From assembly GCA_002409445.1 (NCBI GenBank), contig DHNJ01000120.1, forward strand, positions 21,444-65,775: 44,332 nucleotides of DNA, in the 5' to 3' direction. Position 1 is the stretch's first letter; every line of letters begins with the position of its first letter. Source of the stretch: Armatimonadetes bacterium UBA5419 (GTDB taxonomy: Bacteria; Armatimonadota; UBA10988). Made by a program: the position numbers and the translations under genes. This document shows positions 37,919-44,332 of the stretch, in pieces. Below the pieces are notes generated by a model that was not told where the DNA came from, made no database searches, and saw only the letters and a program-made list of their open reading frames with translations.

Positions 37919-38844
37919 AGCTGCGCCTCCCGCCCGGTGACGTCGAGATAGAAGTCCTCGAGCGACTGACGCTCGATGACTAGCTCGCCGACCGCCACCC
38001 CGGCGCTGACGAGTCGGCGGTTGATCTCCGCGGCCTGCTCCGGCGGCGCGGCGAGGCGTAGGTAGCCGTCCTCACGCGCGACGATCTGTACGCCGTCGAC
38101 CTCCGCGACCAGCGCAGCCGCGTCGACGCCGTCCGGCTCATCGACCGCGATGCGCAGGCGACCGGCGGAGCTCAGCAGCTCGGCGACGGGCCCCTCGGCG
38201 ACCGCCTGGCCGCGGCGCAAGATGGCCACCCGGTCGCACAACTGCTGCACTTCCGCCAAGAGATGGCTGGAGATGAACACAGTCATGCCATCCTCCGCTG
38301 CCAGGTGGCGGATCAGCTCGCGAACCTCGTGCATGCCCTGCGGGTCGAGCCCGTTGGTCGGCTCGTCGAGGATGAGCAGCCGCGGTTGGCAGAGCAACGC
38401 CTGGGCCAGCCCGAGCCGCGCCTTCATGCCCTGTGAATAGGTACGCACGCGGTCGCGATCCCGGCCGGTCAGGCGGACGCGGGCCAGCGCCTGGTCGACA
38501 AGCGCAGCCGGCACACGGCCCAGCGTCAGGGCACCGAGGTACTCCAGGTTGCGGCGACCGCTCAGGTTGCTGACAAACGCAGGGGACTCGACCTGCGCGC
38601 CAGTCTCGCGCAGGCCAGCGATCAGGTCGCGGCGGATGTCGTGGCCCAGGAGGCTGGCGCTACCGGCGGTCGGGCGCAGGAGGCCGACGAGCATGCGGAT
38701 GGTCGTCGTCTTGCCCGAACCGTTGGGCCCGAGGAAGCCGTACACGGTGCCGCGCGGCACGGCCAGGTTCAGGGCGTCGACCGCGACACGTTGGCCGAAC
38801 CGCTTGGTCAGACCCGTCGCCTCGATGGCGAGACCGCTACTCAC
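37915..38844 (-). CDS. ABC exporter ATP-binding protein (BcrA/CcmA-like)
   Basis: GPNGSGKTT, YSQGMK.RL, LDEPTNGLDP, SSH and SLED.YL. Confidence 0.93.
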   Translation of the reverse strand: MSSGLAIEATGLTKRFGQRVAVDALNLAVPRGTVYGFLGPNGSGKTTTIRMLVGLLRPTAGSASLLGHDIRRDLIAGLRETGAQVESPAFVSNLSGRRNLEYLGALTLGRVPAALVDQALARVRLTGRDRDRVRTYSQGMKARLGLAQALLCQPRLLILDEPTNGLDPQGMHEVRELIRHLAAEDGMTVFISSHLLAEVQQLCDRVAILRRGQAVAEGPVAELLSSAGRLRIAVDEPDGVDAAALVAEVDGVQIVAREDGYLRLAAPPEQAAEINRRLVSAGVAVGELVIERQSLEDFYLDVTGREAQL

Positions 38845-40795
38845 CGCGCAGCTCCGGTGCGACGTCCAGCGCGGCCTCGTCCAACTGCCAGTGGGGTGAG
38901 AGAAAGCCGCCGAGCAGGTAGCGGTTGGTGCCGTCCCAGTCGCGCCGCGGGCCGTAGACCAGGAGATCGGGCAGCAGGTCGAACTGGTGGTTCAACGGCA
39001 GGCCCGCGCCGTAGTCGGCCCCGCTGCGCCACCAGACCAGCGCATCGGGTGCCAGGGGATGCGGCATGAGCAGCGACAGGCCGAGTTCGTCCGGGGTCCC
39101 CACGCCGCGGGCGAGGCGTCGTGTGCCAACCTGGTACTCGTCCGGCGTGACCGCGATACCCGCGGGCAACAGCGTCTCCGCCGCCGGCCAAGCGGCCAGG
39201 CGCACGTCGGCCGGGTCGCCGCAGACGACCAGGTTGCCGGCGGCCGCCTCGGCCGCGCTGAGGTCGGTGTCGAGCCGTGGCGTCAGGGTGCCTTCGGCGA
39301 AGGCTGCCCAGATCGACGCTAGCAGGTCCGCGGCGACGGTGTTGGCCGGCGTGGTAGTGGGGTTGCCGCTGGCAATGACGATGGTCACCGGGCGATTGAA
39401 GACTTCGCGGGCGGGGCCGACATTCGGGCGCGAAGGGTCGGGCGTCCACGTGGCGAGTGTCGGCGGCCCGTCGTCTGGCCAGGTGATGAGCGCCGGTCCG
39501 GCGGGTAACGCGCCGAGGTCCACGCCGTCAACAACCACTTGCAATCCAGCGCCGCGCAGCGCCGCGGGCGGGTCGACGACGAGTTCCGCCAGGTTGGCCG
39601 TAGTTACTTGCAGCTGGTCGTTGGCGATGCTCGCCTGAACCTCGCCCGCCGGCCCCCAGCGCGCCAGTCCGCGCACATCGAGCCAGTAAGCCTGGCCCTG
39701 GCGCGGGGTGAAGGTGCGGAAGTCGATGGTGGCAGGTGCCGTTTCGCGCACCTTGTCGGCGACGAAGTCGAAGACGCGAGCAAACGGCTCGTCCTCCCAG
39801 TAGATGTAGTGGCCCTGGCCCTCGTACTCCTCAAAGTCGACGGGCAAGCTCAGCTCGCGCAGGCGGGCGACCATGATCTGGGAGTGCTGGCTCGGGACCA
39901 GGTGGTCCAGTTCGCCGTGTTGGACTAACAGTGGCAGGTGCAGGGCGTTGGCGGCTAGGTCGAGCGGGTTGTTCTGCGCGATGCACCAAGTCTTGTAGGC
40001 CACTTCGTCGCGCGCGCGCCGCTCCCAGAGGAAAAAGTCGCTCTGGCCGGCCATCGCTGACAACGAGGCAAACATCGACGGATGCCGCAGCCCGATGGCC
40101 CACGCGCCGTAGCCACCCATGGACGTGCCGCTGAGGTGGATGCGGTCGGGGTCGATGCTGTAGAAGCGCTGCATCTCCTCGATCACGCGCAGGACGTCAA
40201 TCTCGCCGATGCCCAAGAAGTCCGTGTTCGAGCGACCATGGGGCAGGACGAGGATGAGGTCGCGGGCCGCGGCCAGTCGCCACTGGCTGGGTCCGAGCAA
40301 CCAGGGGTTGAAGATGGACGTGTCGGTGACGTAGCCGTGGAGAAAGACGACCATCGGATACTGGCGGCCTGGGTCGTAGTCGTCGGGAAGGCGGACGTAG
40401 TAGGGCTGAGGGCTACCGTCGGTGCGGCAGAGATAGGCACGCTCTAGGCAGCCATCGGGCTCTAGTGCACCCGTCTGGCCGGGGTAGGGTAGGTCACCCG
40501 CCTGGCAGCGATCGAGGGCAGCCGCCGCGGCGTCGAGCCAAGCGCCGCGAGCACGTACCGTGGTCCAATAGCGGCCCGCAGAGCGACGGTATCGTTCGAG
40601 GTCGAGGGCAGCTAGCGGCAAGTTGGTATCGCGCACATCGGGGTCGAGCATCGGATCGGTGAGGAGCGCGGTGAGGCGGGCATGCGCGGCGGCGTAGGCG
40701 TCATCCGGCCCGTCGAGCGGGGCGGCGAACTGCCCCCTGGCGACGACACAAACCAACAGGCCGACCCCCAGCCAGACCAACCCGCGCTGCTTCAT
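38837..40795 (-). CDS. Secreted multidomain alpha/beta hydrolase (esterase / prolyl-oligopeptidase-like)
   Basis: MKQRGLVWLGVGLLVCVVARG signal; VFLHG, GTSMGG, HGELD..V and GH. Confidence 0.8.
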   Translation of the reverse strand: MKQRGLVWLGVGLLVCVVARGQFAAPLDGPDDAYAAAHARLTALLTDPMLDPDVRDTNLPLAALDLERYRRSAGRYWTTVRARGAWLDAAAAALDRCQAGDLPYPGQTGALEPDGCLERAYLCRTDGSPQPYYVRLPDDYDPGRQYPMVVFLHGYVTDTSIFNPWLLGPSQWRLAAARDLILVLPHGRSNTDFLGIGEIDVLRVIEEMQRFYSIDPDRIHLSGTSMGGYGAWAIGLRHPSMFASLSAMAGQSDFFLWERRARDEVAYKTWCIAQNNPLDLAANALHLPLLVQHGELDHLVPSQHSQIMVARLRELSLPVDFEEYEGQGHYIYWEDEPFARVFDFVADKVRETAPATIDFRTFTPRQGQAYWLDVRGLARWGPAGEVQASIANDQLQVTTANLAELVVDPPAALRGAGLQVVVDGVDLGALPAGPALITWPDDGPPTLATWTPDPSRPNVGPAREVFNRPVTIVIASGNPTTTPANTVAADLLASIWAAFAEGTLTPRLDTDLSAAEAAAGNLVVCGDPADVRLAAWPAAETLLPAGIAVTPDEYQVGTRRLARGVGTPDELGLSLLMPHPLAPDALVWWRSGADYGAGLPLNHQFDLLPDLLVYGPRRDWDGTNRYLLGGFLSPHWQLDEAALDVAPELRGE

Positions 40796-40801
40796 AGCGT
40801 T

Positions 40802-40830
40802 AGGTTGGCGGCTAGCGACCGGCCTGTCAA
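40802..40830 (-). promoter_or_regulatory. Putative sigma70 promoter of the esterase operon, possibly leaderless
   Basis: TTGACA-N17-CAACCT-N6-ATG; no SD. Confidence 0.45.
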
Positions 40831-40905
40831 GCGGTCGAGGGTGGCGTGGGGCCCGAAGCCTGCTCACACCACCGCGCCCGTGGCAATCCGTTCAGCGCGT
40901 GCCGG

Positions 40906-41433
40906 CTACTTCGGGGCTTGCACGTCGCCATAGATGTCGTTGTAGGTTTGCACCTTCCAGAGTCCGTCGTTGCCCTTGACCAGTACCACCGGGCGCGCCT
41001 TGTCGCTACCGCTGCTTTGGAGCATGACGCGCCAGGCGCCTTCGCGGAAGGTGTCCGCTTGGCTGGTGACAATGCTCAGGGCGAACTCGTTCGGGTCCAT
41101 CTTGTAGGCGTTGTCCGGCGTTGCACCCTTCGCGTAGCTGCGGAAGATGTGAGCCTTCGTCCGCAGGCGGTCGACGAAGTAGGTGTTCTTCTCCCACTTC
41201 TCGTCGACCATGGCCAGGTTGAGCATCTTGCGCCCGGCATCGCGGGTGCCCTCGGCGGAGTAGAGGTAGATCGCCTCGAACCAAAGCTTGACGGCACCAT
41301 CGGGCTTGGTGGCCTCCGTGCGTTGGCGCTCGCGGAACTCATCGACATCACGCGGCAGCTTGGCGCTGGCCGCGGAGACGCCGACCAGCAGCGCCGCGCA
41401 CACCAGGAAACCCATCCTGCGCATGTTCCTCAT
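40906..41433 (-). CDS. Secreted protein of unknown function, paralog 1 (resembles DUF6935)
   Basis: GGAGAGG RBS; signal peptide ending ASA; IFRSY.KGATP.N.Y, SSG.D.ARP and GLWKV; DUF assignment from memory. Confidence 0.7.
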   Translation of the reverse strand: MRNMRRMGFLVCAALLVGVSAASAKLPRDVDEFRERQRTEATKPDGAVKLWFEAIYLYSAEGTRDAGRKMLNLAMVDEKWEKNTYFVDRLRTKAHIFRSYAKGATPDNAYKMDPNEFALSIVTSQADTFREGAWRVMLQSSGSDKARPVVLVKGNDGLWKVQTYNDIYGDVQAPK

Positions 41434-41587
41434 CGTTCCTCTCCACACTGATCCTATCGTACGACTGCACTACCCTTACCCAACATGACGCCGCGCGCAG
41501 CCTGATTGTTACCCTCCTCGGCTAGAATGACGCAACAAATCCGTAAGCGTTGGCCTAATTCGCGCCCGTTCGCGCCGTACGGACAGA

Positions 41588-41620
41588 CACACGCCGCCGG
41601 AGCAGCCCCGGCGGCGTGTG
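41588..41620 (-). terminator. Hairpin between the two secreted paralogs
   Basis: CACACGCCGCCGG...CCGGCGGCGTGTG, a 13-bp stem. Confidence 0.7.
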
Positions 41621-41642
41621 GGTTGAAGGGCAGTGGCCGAGC

Positions 41643-42278
41643 TTACTCGAAGGTCTCGACGTCAGGATCGATTGGCTTGCGCACCATGCTGGGCAGGCCG
41701 GTCCAATCGGCCACGTACCACAGCCCGGACTGGTTGCTCTTCTTGAACGAGATCGCCCGCGCGCTGTCCGCACCGGTGCTGCGCCACCAACACTGGTAAC
41801 CGTACGGACCGCCCTCGTTCGACTTCTCGATGTTGACCTCGTAGTTGTTGAGGTCGAACTTGTACTGGTTCTCGGGGCTGGTGCCCATGACGTAGCTGTG
41901 GAAGATGTAGGCCATGTCCGGATCACGCAGCCGCTCGGCGAGGATCTGCGAGTTGGCGCGCTGCTCGAACGGCCGGTCGCCCGTCTTGTACTCGATGACG
42001 ATGAAGTGGATCATCTTGCGACCCTCTTCACGCGTGTCGGGGTTCATGTAGACGAACAGCGAATCCAGGAAGCTCTTACTCGCGCCCTGCGGGGTCTTGC
42101 CAAGCTCCTTGTGCTGCTCGACGAACTCGTCGAAAGTCTTGGGCAGCTTCTGGCCCTCGTCCTCCGCCTCCGCCGCCGGCGCACCCTCATCGAACTCGTC
42201 CTGCGCCAACGCGGGCTGGGCAACACCGAGCCACACCACGCCGCAAAGCAGAGCTAGCCAGATGGCAACGTGCTTCAT
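41643..42278 (-). CDS. Secreted protein of unknown function, paralog 2 (resembles DUF6935)
   Basis: AGGAGGAG RBS then ATG 42278; signal peptide ending ALA; IFHSY.MGTSP.N.Y, STGADSAR and GLWYV. Confidence 0.7.
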   Translation of the reverse strand: MKHVAIWLALLCGVVWLGVAQPALAQDEFDEGAPAAEAEDEGQKLPKTFDEFVEQHKELGKTPQGASKSFLDSLFVYMNPDTREEGRKMIHFIVIEYKTGDRPFEQRANSQILAERLRDPDMAYIFHSYVMGTSPENQYKFDLNNYEVNIEKSNEGGPYGYQCWWRSTGADSARAISFKKSNQSGLWYVADWTGLPSMVRKPIDPDVETFE

Positions 42279-42368
42279 GATACGTCTCCTCCTGTCGAGT
42301 AGGACGCGCGTCCCACTGGTTTGTGACAACTATCGCTGCCAACCGTGTTACGCGCTGCAACTGGTTGG

Positions 42369-42397
42369 AGTGTAGCAACTCGCAATCGCGAGGGCAA
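42369..42397 (-). promoter_or_regulatory. Putative sigma70 promoter of paralog 2
   Basis: TTGCCC-N17-TACACT with extended TG. Confidence 0.6.
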
Positions 42398-42412
42398 CCC
42401 GGCAGCTAAACG

Positions 42413-42444
42413 AAGAGGCGGCCACCCAAAGGTGACCGCCTCTT
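42413..42444 (-). terminator. Hairpin terminator after the isomerase gene
   Basis: AAGAGGCGGCCACC-CAAA-GGTGACCGCCTCTT, followed by CGTTT on the minus strand. Confidence 0.7.
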
Positions 42445-42465
42445 GGTTGATGGGCGAACAGGAGG

Positions 42466-43332
42466 CTAGCCGACCGGCTCGTCGTCGTAGACGCCCGCGG
42501 CGATGTCCGCAACCGTCTTGTACCACCAGTCCGCGCAAGCCTTCACGTTCTCGGGGCGCTGGTCATTGAAGACCTCGTACTCGATGCTGAACGTACCCTT
42601 GAAACCCAGGGCGTGCAGCTCACGGAGGACCTGCAGCGCGTCGCCGGTGCCGGTGCCCCACGGGGCGTCCTGCTTCTGGTCGTTCAGGTCCTTGAAGTGC
42701 AGACCGTTGATCTTCGTGCCCAGGGCGAGGATGCCGTCCAGCGGCGCCACATCCGAGCGCGGCCAGTGACCCGTGTCCGCGCAAGCGCCGATGAAGTCGA
42801 AGCCTTCCGTCTCGCTCGCGACAAACGCCGGATCCCAGTAGTGGCTGGGCTTCGGGTGATTGTGGATGCCGATCTTCAGGCCGTACTCCTCGGCCAAGGG
42901 GTCGACCAGCTCGAACTGGCCTGCACCGATCTCGGTGTTGATCGCGCGGATGCCCCAGCTCTGGGCCCAAGCAAACATGCTGCGGATGCCCGCCTCGTCG
43001 CCCGGGATGCCCGTCACACCGAACGCCACGATGTGTTGGTTGTTGGCATTGAGCTTGTCGCGCACGGCCTTGCTGCCAGCCTCGCTCAGCCCAGGGCCGA
43101 AGCCCTCGTCGATCTCGTCACTGATCTTCTGGCCGGGGTAGCACTCGATGTACTGCAAGCCCAGGTCGCGGGCCAGGTCCAGCGTATCAAGCAGGGTCCG
43201 GTCATGGAAGGTCCAGCATTGCAACGCCAGAGTCCAGCCGGGGATGGCCGAGCGCTGGTACTCGGGCGCCTGGGCGCTGGCCACCGAGGTCAACAGGCCC
43301 AGGGCCAGGCCCACACTAAGTGTTCGCATCAT
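42466..43332 (-). CDS. Secreted sugar phosphate isomerase/epimerase (AP endonuclease 2 / IolE-like TIM barrel)
   Basis: AGGAGGAG RBS then ATG 43332; signal peptide; IHNH, DTGHW, HFKD, G.G and IEYE. Confidence 0.87.
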   Translation of the reverse strand: MMRTLSVGLALGLLTSVASAQAPEYQRSAIPGWTLALQCWTFHDRTLLDTLDLARDLGLQYIECYPGQKISDEIDEGFGPGLSEAGSKAVRDKLNANNQHIVAFGVTGIPGDEAGIRSMFAWAQSWGIRAINTEIGAGQFELVDPLAEEYGLKIGIHNHPKPSHYWDPAFVASETEGFDFIGACADTGHWPRSDVAPLDGILALGTKINGLHFKDLNDQKQDAPWGTGTGDALQVLRELHALGFKGTFSIEYEVFNDQRPENVKACADWWYKTVADIAAGVYDDEPVG

Positions 43333-43484
43333 GGATACTCCTCCTCGCACAGAACTCACGACGCCCAGTCTAGCATCTACCGATGGCCACTGCCACCCGC
43401 AGGCAACCGCCAACGACGCGCGGGCGTCTGCGCACATCCTAGCAGACGCGGCGGGGTCAGGCCACGTCAACAGCCCGCCGCCAC

Positions 43485-43967
43485 CTAGTCGGCCGCACGC
43501 ACGTACGCGGCTAGCTCCGCGGGCAGCGACGCCTTTGCCGTCTCGTGCGCCGTAGCCCAGTCTGGCCCCCAATGCCGTTGCACGAACCGGCGCAGCTGGT
43601 TGGCTAAGTCCAAACCTGGCGCGTCCTCGGCCTGGTTGGCCAGGGCGTCGATCCGCAGCGTGTAGACCGTTGCGTCTGCCCATTGGTCGAGCTTGCGCGC
43701 GGCGGCGGCGGCGTTGGCCCAGGGCGTCACGCGCTCGTCAAGAGTCGCCTCCGCAGGCACCAATTCTCCCGCGGCCAGGTATGCCTCCAGCGCCGGTTCG
43801 TAGTCACGCAGTTCGTAGTACGTGTCACCGATGTTGTTCTGGGCCACGGCCTGGGCCAAGGCATCCCCCGCCTCCGTCGCTGCCGCGAGCTCGCGCTGCA
43901 GGGCGTTGATGCGGTTCGTCAGATCGCGGCGTTGGCGTTGATCACCGGAGTGTTGTGGAAAGCGCAC
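43485..43967 (-). CDS. Small TPR-like protein
   Basis: AAGGAGG RBS then GTG; A.AQNNIGD.Y..L.DY..ALEAY TPR motif. Confidence 0.7.
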   Translation of the reverse strand: MRFPQHSGDQRQRRDLTNRINALQRELAAATEAGDALAQAVAQNNIGDTYYELRDYEPALEAYLAAGELVPAEATLDERVTPWANAAAAARKLDQWADATVYTLRIDALANQAEDAPGLDLANQLRRFVQRHWGPDWATAHETAKASLPAELAAYVRAAD

Positions 43968-44137
43968 AGCGGGCCTCCTTCTTCCTCCTCACTATAGCGC
44001 CCCGCCGGCAATCCCTATAGGATTGGGGTAGCTGGCGCCGCGAGCGTAATGTTGCGACTCAACGGACAAACAGGTTACGATAGTCGAGACCCTGTGGGTG
44101 GCGCCGATTCGTGCGGCCCAAGCAAAGGGGTGATGTA

Positions 44138-44332
44138 ATGCCGATCAAGGCGCGGCTCGCTGTGCTGTTGGTGTTGTTAGTCGGAGGCGGCACCTGGTGG
44201 CTGGTGTCATCGCGTCGGGCCGCTGCCGAGCAAGGCGTCGTCCAGGGCAGTGGAACGATCGAAGCCACCGAGGTAGGCGTCGCCGCGCAGGCCGCTGGAC
44301 GCATCGCTCGGGTCCTGGTCGAAGAGGGCGAC
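44138..44332 (+). CDS. HlyD-family efflux periplasmic adaptor (YbhG-like), partial (runs off the window end)
   Basis: MPIKARLAVLLVLLVGGGTWW TM followed by SGTIEATEV.VA....GRI..V.VEEGD; AAGGGG RBS. Confidence 0.85.
   Translation, partial: MPIKARLAVLLVLLVGGGTWWLVSSRRAAAEQGVVQGSGTIEATEVGVAAQAAGRIARVLVEEGD

Noticed and set aside
42466-43683. Extended 405-aa start for the isomerase, and similar upstream extensions at 4615, 7024, 14253, 16521, 18385, 19265, 27693, 40867 and 42329
   Set aside because: Downstream starts have clear RBSs (or, for 40795, an adjacent promoter) and give the expected family N-termini; the extensions overlap neighbouring genes or promoters

Overview
A GC-rich, gene-dense bacterial chromosomal segment with about 40 CDS, two of them truncated at the window edges. 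The four prepilin-like DUF1559/H-X9-DG genes of the '[27 protein letters not shown]' type suggest Armatimonadota or a similar PVC-like lineage (inference). Housekeeping genes are pfp, der, plsY, bshB1, rpsT and rmlA/rfbA. Carbohydrate-use genes include GH32, a GH106-like hydrolase, an unclassified clan-A-like GH, a NagB-like protein, a RhaS/LsrB-type sugar ABC importer, Gfo/Idh/MocA and AKR oxidoreductases, a UROD-like protein and a sugar-phosphate isomerase. Envelope proteins include two transglutaminase-fold proteins, a secreted esterase with an ABC exporter, and a secreted paralog pair. I saw no tRNA, rRNA, CRISPR array, integrase, transposase or reverse transcriptase. The main observations: (1) a ~935-bp tandem triplication of complete pilin-like expression cassettes (promoter, RBS, CDS, hairpin) with variable loops and mosaic synonymous divergence; (2) a membrane-anchored PP2C-like protein that appears to have lost its catalytic aspartates; (3) an ABC permease-SBP fusion that keeps an internal RBS and ATG; (4) SD-occluding inverted repeats that overlap the predicted promoters. 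Family assignments come from motif recognition by eye; no database search was run.
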